The position numbers and the translations under genes are program-made. From contig CAVSHT010000005.1 in assembly GCA_963727895.1 (NCBI GenBank), positions 320,001-384,000 of the forward strand: a DNA stretch of 64,000 nt, written 5' to 3'. Origin of the DNA: an uncultured Methanosarcinaceae archaeon (lineage in GTDB: Archaea > Halobacteriota > Methanosarcinia > Methanosarcinales > Methanosarcinaceae). Position 1 is the first letter of the stretch, and every line of letters starts with the position of its first letter. The notes beneath the pieces were generated by a model that saw nothing but the letters and a program-made list of their open reading frames with translations, had not been told where the DNA came from and did no database searches. Positions 12,031 to 24,139 of this stretch are shown piece by piece.

Positions 12031-12954
12031 TTACCAGAATTTCCACCAGGGTTTTTTTGCTCCAGGTGCAACAATCTGTTTTTGGTTAATCAAAGTCTGT
12101 ACTTGCATCATGTAATTATTGTGCATCTCTTCAAAGTATATTTCCCTTCTCTCTGCCTTTTCAAGTTCTTTTTGTAAATCTTTAATTTTCTGTTGTGCGT
12201 CCTCTATCTTTATTTCAAGTTCTCTTTGCAATTTCTGGTTATTCGTTTTTTCGTCTGTAAATATATTTTCTGTTTCTTTTATCTTAGTTTCCAGTTCCTG
12301 GTTCTGTTTCTGATTATTCTCATTTTGTTTTTCCAAGTCATGGATCTTAATTTGTAGTTCCTGAGCATTTTTTTGTCCATCCACGAATTTATTTTCGGTC
12401 TCCTTTAATCGAATTTGTAATTCATGATTATGTCTATGATCATTTTCAATTTGTGTTTCCAAGTCTTGGATCTTAATTTGTAGTTCCTGAGTATTTTTTT
12501 TCTCGTCTACAAATATATTTTCTGTTTCTTTTAGTCTAATTTGTAATTCATGATTATGTCTATGATCATTTTCAATTTGTGTTTCCAAGTCTTGGATCTT
12601 AATTTGTAGTTCCTGAGTATTTTTTTTCTCGTCTACAAATATATTTTCTGTTTCTTTTAGTCTAATTTGTAATTCATGATTATGTCTATGATCATTTTCA
12701 ATTTGTGTTTCCAAGTCTTGGATCTTAATTTGTAATTCTTGATTCTGTTTTTGTTGATTATCAAGTTCATCTTTCAATTCTTGTATCCTTATTGCTTGCT
12801 CTTTTCCATACAGATTAAGTTCTGGATCTGATACAAGTTTTTCCAAGGCACTAATAACTGCTTTATTAGCACTATCAAAACCTAAAGATTCCACTTTTTG
12901 CCATAGGTCAAAAGGTATCTTTGCTTTGATTTTATGCCCTTCCTCCGAATACAT
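12031..12954 (-). CDS. Coiled-coil protein with RHH-like N-terminus, three 42-aa repeats and C-terminal KKPWWKFW
   Basis: 126-bp near-identical repeats at about 12380-12740 and a heptad-rich sequence. Confidence 0.75.
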   Translation of the reverse strand: MYSEEGHKIKAKIPFDLWQKVESLGFDSANKAVISALEKLVSDPELNLYGKEQAIRIQELKDELDNQQKQNQELQIKIQDLETQIENDHRHNHELQIRLKETENIFVDEKKNTQELQIKIQDLETQIENDHRHNHELQIRLKETENIFVDEKKNTQELQIKIQDLETQIENDHRHNHELQIRLKETENKFVDGQKNAQELQIKIHDLEKQNENNQKQNQELETKIKETENIFTDEKTNNQKLQRELEIKIEDAQQKIKDLQKELEKAERREIYFEEMHNNYMMQVQTLINQKQIVAPGAKKPWWKFW

Positions 12955-13470
12955 ATAAAATAAAAGAATCTAGTTAGCAATATAATTTCTCATTTTGACG
13001 TTTATTAATGGTTGACTGTTCTTGGAGTCATACTGAATATAATTAATAAGTTTTTATGGAGTATATACAAAGCTAAATATTGTCTGAAAGCTGAACGAAA
13101 TAACTATCCAATATAACTAAAAAAATTCTAGAGCTAATTTGCACAAATATAATTATTTTTGTAGAGTTGATATATTTATCAAAATATTCAACAGATGGAA
13201 ATCTCTTTCAGAAACTCTTTCAGAAATTCATTCAAAGTCCGAATCTTCAAAAAGAAATAATTCGTCGATTGTGGTTTTCAGACACCTTGAGATCCGGTAA
13301 GCAAGAAGGCCCAGATACCAAGACTTTTATTTTGATATAACCAAACGAATATTCCAGAAAATGTGAGATAAAAAACAACTTAAGTGAATCAAAACCACAA
13401 ATGTCTTATAAGGCAAAAGATCCCTTTAAATGAAGAATATTTTTTATACAGGTTATGGGAGCAGATTAAA

Positions 13471-14050
13471 ATGACCCTTGTTATCGTTTTTATTGGAAAA
13501 AATAGTGCAGTAATGACAGGAGATATGAGAGAAATAACTTTTGAAGGAGATAATCACAAAGAGCGAAACTTGAAAAAGAGCTTTACAGTGGAGCAATAAT
13601 GACGGATGAAGAGCTCGTAAAAAAGCCAGAGAATTCGAAGTTGGCATAACTGTTACAGACTGCAAAAGCAAAATTTCTGAAAGAGATGGCGCTTTAATAG
13701 GAGAAGTGTCTTCAATTGAAGGTGGAATCACCAAAAAAAGAAGATTGTACGCCTCAGCTGGAAATTACGCAATTGTTGAGATCATGGATTCAGAAATAAC
13801 CTTAACTTCACACGCAAAAGGAAGCAACCTGATCGTATTAGGAAATGATTTTACAAAAAAGGTAGCCAATAAATGTTTTAAGGACAACTGGACGAAGAAA
13901 AGCACCTTTCAGGATGCCGTGAAAATTCTTATGCTCTGTATGGAAACTACAGCCAGGAAAACCGCGTCCGTGAGCAAACAGTTCTATCTGATTCAGACAA
14001 CTTCAAATTTAGATGTTTTAAAAATTGTAGAAAAGGACAAACAAAGCTGA
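13471..14050 (+). pseudogene. Connectase / DUF2121 (MJ0548-like) gene with two single-base deletions
   Basis: N-terminus MTLVIVFIGKNSAVMTGDMREITFEG. Reframed middle LEKELYSG..TDEEL. C-terminal KKRRLYASAGNYAI and KTASVSK. Confidence 0.8.
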
Positions 14051-14285
14051 AAAAAATCAAAAAGACAATCAGTTTTCTAAATTATTTTCTTTTGTTATTA
14101 TAACTTGGTATCTCAGGCGATTTCAATCAAAATTTAATAAATATATCATTTAAAGTAGAAGTGTTTCTAATTTAATTATTTGAAAATGGACTTAACAAAA
14201 TTTGAGAAGATGGAACAACTCTAAAAAAAGAATACGGAAGGGAAATCGCTTCTAGCATTACTCTAAGCATCAATCATGAAGAAGT

Positions 14286-14537
14286 TTAAGAGTCATCAGG
14301 ATTGTTGTCATTTAGATTTGAATGACGCCAGGGACAACCACCAGCTCCATTATCACAATCGCTACCAGCGTCAACGAGTTCATTACTCATTGCGTTGCCA
14401 GCAGGACCATTGTTCCCCTCGTTTGAAATAACTGGATGTTTTTGTGCACTTGCTGCCATAGATGTTAATGACACTACGAAACAAACTGCCAGCAAAATGG
14501 CTATTATTCTTTTGATTTTGTTTTCCATAATCCCCAC
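14286..14537 (-). CDS. Small secreted protein
   Basis: Signal-like KRIIAILLAVCFVVSLTSMAASA followed by a short low-complexity mature part. Confidence 0.6.
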   Translation of the reverse strand: MGIMENKIKRIIAILLAVCFVVSLTSMAASAQKHPVISNEGNNGPAGNAMSNELVDAGSDCDNGAGGCPWRHSNLNDNNPDDS

Positions 14538-14793
14538 TCCTAATTTTCACTGCTTTTCAACATGCTGCTAATGAAAAAAACTATAACAGTCAGTTGTTTT
14601 TAAGTTACTACCTTAAATTCCCCCATTTTTAGTAGTAATATCTAAATTAAAATATATAAATTATTCAGCTATAAATAACTAATACGATTAAGACTTCCGG
14701 TGGTTAAACGGAAAAAATCAATAACATTAAACCAAAAACTGTCTAAACTACGTCTTTACTGTAACGGCTATTGTGCTTGATTTTTGAATTCAA

Positions 14794-15030
14794 ATGGACA
14801 AAAAAGCACTTTTCAGAATGCTATAAAAATCCTCATGCTCTGTATGGAACCTGCATCTAGGAAAATTGTTTCTGTGAGCGAGCAATTCTTTTTGATTCAG
14901 ATAACGTCGAATGTTGATTTTTAAAAAGCTTAAAAAATAGCAGAAATAATTGAAAAAAGTATCGTGAGGACAATCAATTTTTTAAACTTTTGCTTTTGTT
15001 ATTGGATAACTTAATATTCATCTGATTTCA
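14794..15030 (+). pseudogene. Diverged duplicate of the connectase 3' end and its downstream flank
   Basis: TGGACAAAAAAGCACTTTTCAGAATGCT...ATGCTCTGTATGGAA...TGATTCAGA parallels 13888-14130. Confidence 0.65.
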
Positions 15031-15853
15031 ATTAAAGTTGTTATTTAGTATGCTTTGTGAAACTATCTTAAAAAAGGAAATATTTAGTATTAATGAACCC
15101 ATTAATGGAAATTATTTATTTTAAATAGCATAGATATATTATTCACTAAATAGACTATGACTTAATTCGATAACTTTTTGAATCAAATATTCAAAATTAG
15201 GTTATAGTTTGTATATTTAATATCTTTTCGTATCTTTGTCTTGAATCTTTATTATCTTTTATTCCAGAAGCTTTTAGACCTAACATAATTTTTGCATTCA
15301 TTCAGATACATTTAATAATGTTTTTATATACGAGCCTATCCCAAAAATTGATCTAACCTCATTATTGCTGCTAATATTACACCAAAGTATGATATTTCTT
15401 TGATTTCATACTTTGAAAATACTTTTTTACATTATCTATCCAGCTAAAAAACTTTTCAATTGTACTTTTCTTTTTGTATTCTTCCTGATCTACTTTTATC
15501 GGTCTTCTTCTTTTCTTTTTCTTCCGATTTCTTTTGTTTACTGGTATATTGGGACTCTATTCATTTTTTCCGGTTTTATTTTCTAATCTTAGCTATATCA
15601 TATATTACATCAGCTGGCCACTTTGGAAGGCCTGTTTTGTAGCCATCATACGCGATGTTTCCCCTTTTTTAGCAGGAATATATTTTATATCAGTAAAACA
15701 ATGGAAAAGATCTATTTTCTTCAAATCATAACCTTTATTTAAAAGTTCATAAAAGATTTCCTGATAAATACCATGTTCGCAAAGATAAAGATGGAACCTG
15801 TGAACATATGATTTTAATCACAACGCTGAATATTTAATCAGGAGTTAAAATCC

Positions 15854-16933
15854 TTGTTTCAGACTGAATCTATAATATATCTACAATCCTTTGGAAACTA
15901 CTGGCTTACGTCCCTCATGATTCTGATAACTTCAATGGGATCGTCGGCTTTTTTAGCTGCCGTAATAATTATTATCACTTTTGGGATTAACTTCCGGAAA
16001 GGTTTTCTTCTCTTCCAGCCCTTAATCTGGACAGGGCTGATTACCGAAATCATTAAGACAATAGTTGCTTTTCCAAGGCCGGATTTTGTAGATAATAGAG
16101 TCTTTAACCTTGAATCAGGAGTAAAAAACACATCTCCTTTCAGAGAAAATGGATCTGAAGGAGCGTTCCAATTCCCCAGCAAAAAAGTTCTTGATACATT
16201 CCATCTTCAGAAAACACTTACTTCTTCATCTTTTGGTTTTCCGTCAGGACACGTCGCACTTACAACTGCCCTCTGGGGAGGAAGCTCTACAATTTTCAAT
16301 AGCAAGGTAATTAAAAAAATAGCTCCGTTTGTGGTATTACTTGTTGCTTTTTCGAGACCGTATCTGGGAAGGCATTTTCTTGGAGATCTGATGGGAGGGG
16401 CTGTGGTAGGATTAATTCTCCTGACAATTTTTACCTTGGTTCTTAAAAGCTCCCTGATAGATGAGTTTTTCAAAAAAGAGAATTTTGACTTTATATTCAA
16501 AAGCCAAAATATAATTTTATATTTTTTTATGTTTGTAGTCCTTTCTGTTCTTACAGCTTTATCTTTAATTAGCGTTGATGTAGCAGGTTTTTTCCTTGGG
16601 ACGAATGCGGCATACATTCTGATTGTAAGAACTGGTCTTCCTGATGATTTTGGAAGTACTGAACGGAGAGTTCTGAGGATATTTATTGCACTTTTCCTAT
16701 TTGGGATCTCCAGCCTGATTATAGATATTGGGTTTGGGAATATTGAAACTACTGCTTATTTTGGTTTTAAATATATTGAATTCTTAAAAACTTTCATTCC
16801 TGCGTTTACAATCTGGATATCTGTAGTTATCTGCACAAAATTTAATCTGTATCAAAAAGAAGAGGAATTTATAAGCAGCCAGAGTTCAGAGTGGGATATA
16901 GGATCATTAAAAAAATCTGGTAAAATATACTAA
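15854..16933 (+). CDS. PAP2-family membrane phosphatase
   Basis: Motifs KTIVAFPRP, FPSGH, SRPYLGRHF and TM segments. Confidence 0.88.
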   Translation: MFQTESIIYLQSFGNYWLTSLMILITSMGSSAFLAAVIIIITFGINFRKGFLLFQPLIWTGLITEIIKTIVAFPRPDFVDNRVFNLESGVKNTSPFRENGSEGAFQFPSKKVLDTFHLQKTLTSSSFGFPSGHVALTTALWGGSSTIFNSKVIKKIAPFVVLLVAFSRPYLGRHFLGDLMGGAVVGLILLTIFTLVLKSSLIDEFFKKENFDFIFKSQNIILYFFMFVVLSVLTALSLISVDVAGFFLGTNAAYILIVRTGLPDDFGSTERRVLRIFIALFLFGISSLIIDIGFGNIETTAYFGFKYIEFLKTFIPAFTIWISVVICTKFNLYQKEEEFISSQSSEWDIGSLKKSGKIY

Positions 16934-17489
16934 GTATTTAAAAAAACCAAATAGATCACTATAGTCTAATATAGTGTATATCAAAAACAGCAGAAACTAT
17001 AGAATTAAATAGAGTAACAGGTGTTTATTCAGAAACTTACTTCGTGAATTTTTCCAAGTTTTGATTGTTCTTATATATGGAGAAAACTTTATATCTTAGA
17101 ACCTAATGGAGATCAGATATATTATATGAAGACAGAAATAGTAGAAATAATCCTTAAATCCAACAATATGTAAGTAGGCTAGAGAGTCACAATAAGACTA
17201 TGGGATTCATTGACTAGAGAGATAGGACTAAACGTACAGACTTTAAGAAATACTGATACAAAAAAAAGAAAAAACTCTATATCATAACAAGATAATTTGA
17301 TCTGAAGCTATTCATAAGGAATAACTTAAATAATGCTTTTGACTATTGAGCGTATTCACAATTCACTGGAGAAATAATACCCAAAAACCGCGGCCTGTCG
17401 GTTGCAGTCAATGGAAATGACCCAAGAGTTATTTCATCTTGGAAAAGTTTTCCCTCAATATATTTTAAAATCAGATCAAAACATAGAGG

Positions 17490-18395
17490 ATGACATTCAT
17501 GGACTTTGAACAATTGAGACACGGTACAGAACTTATTAAGCGTGGATTTGCACGTATGCAGAAAGGGGGTGTGATCATGGATGTTACAACTCCAGAGCAG
17601 GCCCGCATTGCCGAAGAAGCTGGTGCAGTTGCTGTAATGGCCCTTCAAGCTGTCCCTGCCGATATCAGAAAAGCTGGTGGAGTTGCCAGAATGGCTGACC
17701 CTGAGATTGTCCAGCAGATAATTGATACTGTCACAATTCCTGTAATGGCAAAAGCCAGGATAGGGCACTTTGTTGAAGCGGAGATTTTAGAAGCTCTTGG
17801 CGTTGACATGGTTGACGAGTCAGAAGTTTTGACCCCTGCTGATCCCTACTTCCACATAGACAAAACCCAATTCACCGTTCCTTTTGTCTGCGGAGCCAGA
17901 AACCTTGGAGAAGCCCTAAGAAGAATTAACGAAGGGGCAGCCATGATCCGGACAAAAGGAGAAGCCGGAACTGGAGATGTCAGCCAGGCAGTCAAGCACA
18001 TGAAACAGATTCAGGGCGAAATCCGTGCTCTTGCAGGAAAGACTAAAGAAGAGCTTATTATGGTTGCAAGGGAAATTGAAGCTCCGATCGAACTTGTGGT
18101 AGAAACCTCTAAAATGCAGCGTCTTCCTGTGGTAAACTTTGCAGCCGGCGGGGTTGCAACTCCTGCGGACGCAGCACTTATGATGTGCCTTGGAGCAGAC
18201 GGAGTCTTTGTAGGCTCAGGAATTTTCAAAGCTGAAAACCCTGAAAAGATGGCAAAGGCTGTTGTCGAAGCTGTAAACAATTTTGATAATCCTGCAAAAC
18301 TCGCAGAAATTTCAAAAGGTGTGGGTGCAGGGATGAAAGGCATTAGTGCAGATATGATCCCTAAGGAAGAAGCACTTCAGGAACGCGGCTGGTAA
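17490..18395 (+). CDS. pdxS: Pyridoxal 5'-phosphate synthase lyase subunit
   Basis: Motifs [40 protein letters not shown]. Confidence 0.98.
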   Translation: MTFMDFEQLRHGTELIKRGFARMQKGGVIMDVTTPEQARIAEEAGAVAVMALQAVPADIRKAGGVARMADPEIVQQIIDTVTIPVMAKARIGHFVEAEILEALGVDMVDESEVLTPADPYFHIDKTQFTVPFVCGARNLGEALRRINEGAAMIRTKGEAGTGDVSQAVKHMKQIQGEIRALAGKTKEELIMVAREIEAPIELVVETSKMQRLPVVNFAAGGVATPADAALMMCLGADGVFVGSGIFKAENPEKMAKAVVEAVNNFDNPAKLAEISKGVGAGMKGISADMIPKEEALQERGW

Positions 18396-18670
18396 TACAA
18401 GACTTGAAAAAAGGCTTGAATAAAAAAATTTCTTTAAAAAGGTTTGACCTAAAAAAGCATCATCAAACGGCTTAATACAAACCTTTTTAATAAATTTAAT
18501 TGAAAAAAATCTATAAACAAATCTATCAAGCGGCAAAATACTTGATGCCCATGCTTGAGCCTTAATTTTTAAAAATGGTTTTTCTTACGGGCCTGTAAGA
18601 ATAAATAAGTTTAATTTTTTGTTTTTTGGATTAACAGGTAAAGAATTATTTTTGGAAAATGGTGTTTTTC

Positions 18671-19270
18671 ATGAAGATAGGTGTAATCGCTATTCAGGGA
18701 GCGGTTTCTGAGCATATTGGTGCTTTAAAGAGGGCACTCAAGGAAAGAGGGGTAGATGCAGAGGTAGTTGCAATAAAGCATAAAGGTATTGTCCCGGAAT
18801 GCAGTGGAATTGTGATTCCTGGTGGGGAAAGTACAACACTTTGCAGGCTGCTTGCTCGCGAGGGAATTTCAGAAGAGATTAAAGATGCAGCTGCAAGAGG
18901 AGTTCCAATCCTTGGAACCTGTGCAGGCATGATTGTAATTTCAAGAGAAGGCGACGAGCAGGTTGCGAAAACTAATCAGGAATTGCTCAGAATTATGGAT
19001 ACGAAGGTCAATAGAAATGCTTTTGGAAGGCAGAGAGATTCTTTTGAAGCCGAACTTGAAATCGATATTCTTGATTCTCCTTTTACCGGCATATTTATAA
19101 GAGCTCCTGGAATCGTAAGCTGTGGGTCCAAAGTTCGTGTACTTTCCATAATTGATGATATGATTATTGCTGCAGAGCAAGGAAATGTGCTGGCTCTTGC
19201 TTTTCATCCGGAATTAACTGATGATTTGCGGATTCATAAGTATTTTTTGAATAAAGTATTAAATTGTTAA
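18671..19270 (+). CDS. pdxT: PLP synthase glutaminase subunit
   Basis: Motifs PGGESTT, GTCAGMI, RNAFGRQ, FIRAP, FHPEL. Confidence 0.97.
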   Translation: MKIGVIAIQGAVSEHIGALKRALKERGVDAEVVAIKHKGIVPECSGIVIPGGESTTLCRLLAREGISEEIKDAAARGVPILGTCAGMIVISREGDEQVAKTNQELLRIMDTKVNRNAFGRQRDSFEAELEIDILDSPFTGIFIRAPGIVSCGSKVRVLSIIDDMIIAAEQGNVLALAFHPELTDDLRIHKYFLNKVLNC

Positions 19271-19404
19271 ATTAGAAAATTTTTCAGGCTATTTTCAGTT
19301 TTTTGGACTTTTTTGTTCAATTTAATTTATTTTTCATATATCTTCAAAGCTATATACAAATTACAGTCATATTAGTAAAAACCGATATATAAGGTGTGAA
19401 ATAA

Positions 19405-19527
19405 ATGGTGAAATTAACTGACGAGATGAAGGAAGACTTTGCAAAGATGAAAATTTTTCCATTTGCAACCGCGTCTAAAGATGGAGAACCAAGCGTCATA
19501 CCAATAGGCAGGTTTGGCGCTCAATAA
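19405..19527 (+). pseudogene. Truncated pyridoxamine 5'-phosphate oxidase-like FMN-binding protein
   Basis: MVKLTDEMKEDFAKMKIFPFATASKDGEPSVIPIG (ATAS-x-DGxP motif), then the similarity ends abruptly. Confidence 0.6.
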
Positions 19528-20284
19528 ACATATACTTTTTCAGAGAATTATATTTAAAACACTTTGCTGAAAGATCTTTTTTGAAGATGAAACCAACGCC
19601 TCAAATTTGCCTGCATAGCCCTGAACTCCTGAGTCAAAGGCAAATACCTATCCATCTATTAAGACCTTTCCTAGAGCCTTAGAAAATGAAGAGTATATGC
19701 TCTTCAAAAAAATAATGAGAGGAAAACAGGAAGTGTTGCTGTTTGAGGAAATCCAAAAAACCTAAACAGCAGGAAGTGCCGCAGAAGAAAACGGCTTCAT
19801 CAGGAGGGTGCAGGAGAGGTGATAGAGAACTTCTGCAATGTGTTTAATGGTAACAAAACTTTTAGTAAGTGCAATATATTACATGTGCCCCAGAATATAA
19901 AAATGTTTGCAAACATATCGGCTGACTTGCTCATAAATTGGTGCATTATTCTGGCTGGTCGGTTCCTTATCCTCTCGCGACCATAACTAATAAGAGGAGA
20001 AGGGAAAAATAAGTCAATCACTCCTACTGATATTGTTTAGATATATTTTGGCTTTCTTTATAGTCTCGCGACCAACCTGCAAACTCTTTTTATCGTCGTC
20101 ATCATCGTATCTCGCGCAAATCTGTAAACATATGACTTAAATAGGTGCTAGCTTTTTGTCAGACACCTGACTAAACAAAAGTTAACATTTTTGTTTGGTT
20201 AGTAGAGCAAAAAGACAAATTTTGTCTGTCTGTCTGGCATTCTCAGACGCATGTCTAGCTAATAATAAGGGAATAGACATTTTT

Positions 20285-21023
20285 GGCTTTGATACTTAAA
20301 CATAGTTATATACTATTAGAAAGTATATTTCTTCATTAACTGCCCCAGATGCAATAGTTCCAGTCACAAAAAAACGGTATAGTTGGCGGGCGTCAACGGT
20401 ACAAATGCTCTGATTGTGGCTATAACTATACAGTAGAGCTAAAATCAACTGCTTTTTCCGCTTTTGTAAAAAGACAGGCTTTACAACTCTATCTTGAAGG
20501 ATTGGGCTTTCGTTCAATAGGACGATTTTTAGGGGTGAGTCATGTTTCTGTCCAAAGATGGATAAAGAAATTTGGTCAGGAGTTAGAGGACCTAAAAAGT
20601 GAAAATGAGATATCTATTGTTGAAATGGATGAAATGCACACTTACATCGGTAACAAAAAAAATATTGCTGGATCTGGATTGCTGTTGATAGAGTTGGGAA
20701 AAAGTTCATCAACTGCTCTTTTGGTAGCAGAGGAACAGAAACTGGAAAACTACTCTGGGAAAAAGTGAAGAAAAAAGAGATTGGAGAAGTAATGACAGAT
20801 CACTGGAGAGCATATGCAGAGTTTCTTCCAGAAAAGAGTCATACTCAATCAAAAGCAGAAACATTTACAGTTGAGGGATATAACAGCATATTGAGGCATT
20901 TTCTAGCAAGATTGAGAAGAAAGACAAAGTGTTATACAAAAAGTCTTGAAATGCTAAAGTACTCGGTTATTCTATTGATGAAATACAGAAATAAAGAGTT
21001 AACTATGTTTAATTAACAATGCC
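20285..21023 (+). mobile_element. IS1-family element
   Basis: Ends GGCTTTG...CAATGCC. Perfect 8-bp TSD ACATTTTT. InsA/InsB frames. The start codon appears mutated to ATT. Confidence 0.95.
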
Positions 21024-21177
21024 ACATTTTTTACTTCTACTCCTGGTTTTATTGGAGCAGACACAAAAAATGAAATAAGTAGTAAAATGTTTGTAAGAAG
21101 TGTACGCATCGCGTTTGTAAAAAGCAACAGTCTAAAGATTGTCTGCGCAAAAGAAGTGTATTTTTCTGGAAAAAGAA

Positions 21178-21217
21178 GTGAACTACCACGAGGCTTAAGA
21201 CCTCGTGGTAGTTCACA
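21178..21217. repeat. 16-bp-stem palindrome resembling an IS200/IS605 end
   Basis: GTGAACTACCACGAGG-CTTAAGA-CCTCGTGGTAGTTCAC. Confidence 0.6.
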
Positions 21218-21270
21218 TCCCAATTGAAGTTTCTCATCTTCTCCCATCTTTCAATTCTGTGGCATATACT

Positions 21271-21531
21271 TTACGTCGTAATTTCAACGTTTTTTGTTGC
21301 CTTGAGTAGATCAGTCTTAATCTGTCTGACTTCGGCTACTTTTCGTCCTTTCTCCTTCATGGCTTCGCTTGCTTCACTTGGGTCTTTGCCAAGCCTGAAC
21401 GCCCACAAAACGCATTTGCTATCCTTCGCCCAGGGTCCCGCTGCGCAATGCTCCATGTCTGAATAAGAGTTGGAGCAACAATTTAAACAGTGTTTTCGAA
21501 TTGTCTGAAGTAGCTCAAATTTAGTTGTCAT
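21271..21531 (-). CDS. Small Cys-rich phage/plasmid-type protein
   Basis: IRKHCLNCC...HC...KCVLWAFRLGKDP, with GGAGG upstream of MTTKF. Confidence 0.6.
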   Translation of the reverse strand: MTTKFELLQTIRKHCLNCCSNSYSDMEHCAAGPWAKDSKCVLWAFRLGKDPSEASEAMKEKGRKVAEVRQIKTDLLKATKNVEITT

Positions 21532-22552
21532 CTTAAATATCCTCCACAATTTTGGTTAAATGAATTGTCATATCACAGTTTGTAACGCTCAACAGATCTC
21601 CTTTCGCCCATCCCATCGTTTTAATTATTTCAAAAGGCAAAGGAAGTGCAAAATCACCTTTTTCATTCGTTTCTTTTATTCGCACTGTCACTATTTTTTA
21701 CTTACCTACAAATTTTGGTATTCTCAGCTTGTCACAATTTAACTTTATTTCTAAATGTATGGCGGTAGTTATTTTTAATTTTTTGTCATTCTAGCAGGCA
21801 AAATCAAGCTCAAGGAACCAAATGAATTTGCCTTTATACAATTTTTTACTACTATATCCTGCATTGTATCACTCAAAATATTTTAGTTATAGTAGTATAT
21901 AATTATTTATCCGTATATAAAAGTAGTTGGAGGTGGTACGAAGGCTTAAGCTAACGATTCCCTGTTAACCTAACACAAAATGTATAATGAAAATACCGTT
22001 TTTTAAGCGCAACCGCGCCCGACCACTAAAATAATAATTATAAGGAACTCGCGAAGACAGAAGAAATTAAAATAATATCAATTGTTTAAATATATAAATT
22101 TATTCTGTTATTTATATATGATGTGTATAAATATGTGTTTTTCTCCAAGATCGGCGGCTTATATTTAGATTATTGAAAACCAGCTTGGGAGGAGGAATAT
22201 TAATGACCTTACTAAGACCGTTTGGAAGAAAAAAAGTTATGAGTGGACTAGAGTATAAAGTATCGAGTCCTCAAATGAGGACTCGATTAAAACTTCTCAT
22301 AAAATAGCAAAACAACTAGGGGTTAGTCATGTAACAGTAGAGCGTGCAGCTGAATTCTCAGGTGTTTGAGACTGATTTTTGATGAAAATAACAGGGAAAT
22401 TTGCAAAATTTCCCTTAAAATACGAATATTCTAGCTCAAAAAGTTTGTATATAAAATCACCTTAAAAATTAGATTTTTGCAACAGAACCAAAATGCCTGT
22501 AAGAATGAGAAATCAAAAAACATATTTACATTAGTCTTTTATTCAAAATAGT

Positions 22553-23293
22553 GGTATTGTTACTTAACTATATCTAGTTCTTTCTTTCTGTATTTCATCA
22601 ATAGAATAACCGAGTACTTTAGCATTTCAAGACTTTTTGTATAACACTTTGTCTTTCTTCTCAACCTTGCCAGGAAATGCCTCAATATGCTGTTATATCC
22701 TTCAACAGTATACGTTTCTGCTTTTGATTGAGTATGACTCTTTTCTGGAAGAAACTCTGCATATGCTCTCCAGTGATCGGTCATCACTTCTCCAATCTCT
22801 TTTTTCTTCAATTTTTCCCAGAGTAGTTTTCCAGTTTTCGTTCCTCTGCTGCCAAAAGAGCAGTTGATGAACTTTTTCCCAACTCTATCAACAGCAATCC
22901 AGATCCAGCAATATTTTTTTTTGTTACCTATGTAAGTGTGCATTTCATCCATTTCAACAATAGATATCTCATTTTCACTTTTTAGGTTCTCTAACTCCTG
23001 ACCAAATTTCTTGATCCATCTTTGGACAGAAACATGACTTACCCCTAAAAATCGTCCTATTGAGCGAAAACCCAATACTTCAAGATAGAGTTGTAAAGCC
23101 TGTTTTTTGACAGAGGTGGAAAAAGCAGTTGATTTTAGCTTTACTGTATAGTTATAGCCACAATCATGACATTTGTAGCGTTGACGCCCGCCAACTATAC
23201 CGTTCTTTTTGTGACTGGAACTATTGCATCTGGGGCAGTTAATGAAGAAATATACTTTCTAATAGTATATAACTATGTTTAAGTATCAAAGCC
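22553..23293 (-). mobile_element. IS1-family element (A9 in-frame variant)
   Basis: Ends GGTATTG...CAAAGCC and a fused transposase ORF at 22560..23075. Confidence 0.93.
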
Positions 23294-23506
23294 CTTTAAT
23301 TTTATATATCAAGAAATAGACTATGATCTGGCATCTGAGAAGGTTATTAAGGACCTTAATAACTCTTTTAAGAGAAGACCATAGGAGTCAACCGATGGAT
23401 GATACATAGAAGACGCATTGATCTGATAAGTTGCAAATTACATTCTTAATCTGCAACTCCTGATCATTTGTGTACTTCACTGCTCAAACTACTTAGTCCA
23501 AATCCC

Positions 23507-24139
23507 TTATTTAATGTAGTACGTTACCTGTACTGACATTGAAACGATAGACTCACCTGGCTGAATAGGAGTGGAAACTGCTCTCGCTGCTGCTTCTGTT
23601 GGTGTCTCGTATTTGGAATTTACTCTAGAACCGCTGTTTTCACTTATAGATGACATCTGCACGCCGGTTATCTTAGCACCCAGGCTCTTAGCAAGCGTAG
23701 TGGCTTTAGAGGATGCATCTGCTACTGCTTCATTCATCAGTTCCTCACTAAGTTGTTTTTGCTTGTCATCGGATACCGAGAATGAAATGCTTCCAATATC
23801 ATTAGCTCCAGCGGCTGTGGACCTGTCAATTATTTCACTCAGGTTGTTGAGTTTCTTGGTTGTGACCTGCACACTGTTGGATGCAGAATAGCCTTTGATT
23901 GTTTGCGTATCATTCGCATTGTAGTTGTATACCGGGGATACGGAAACATAGGATGTCTGGATTTCCTTGTTCTGCAATCCCATTGCTTTGAGTCCTGCTA
24001 TTACAGTGCTCATAAGGACTGCGTTTTTATCTGTTGCTTCCTTTGCAGTTTCAGATTGAACTACAACACCGATGTTCAATGTTGCTGTGTCAGGGATAAC
24101 TTTTTGCTCAGCATATCCACTAATTGAAATAGTATTTTT
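23507..24139 (-). pseudogene. SIMPL/DUF541 protein, N-terminus removed by IS6
   Basis: Motifs ISISGYAEQKVIPD, IQTSYVSVSPVY, GANDIGSISF, PIQPGE. The 5' end runs into the IS6 TIR. Confidence 0.85.
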
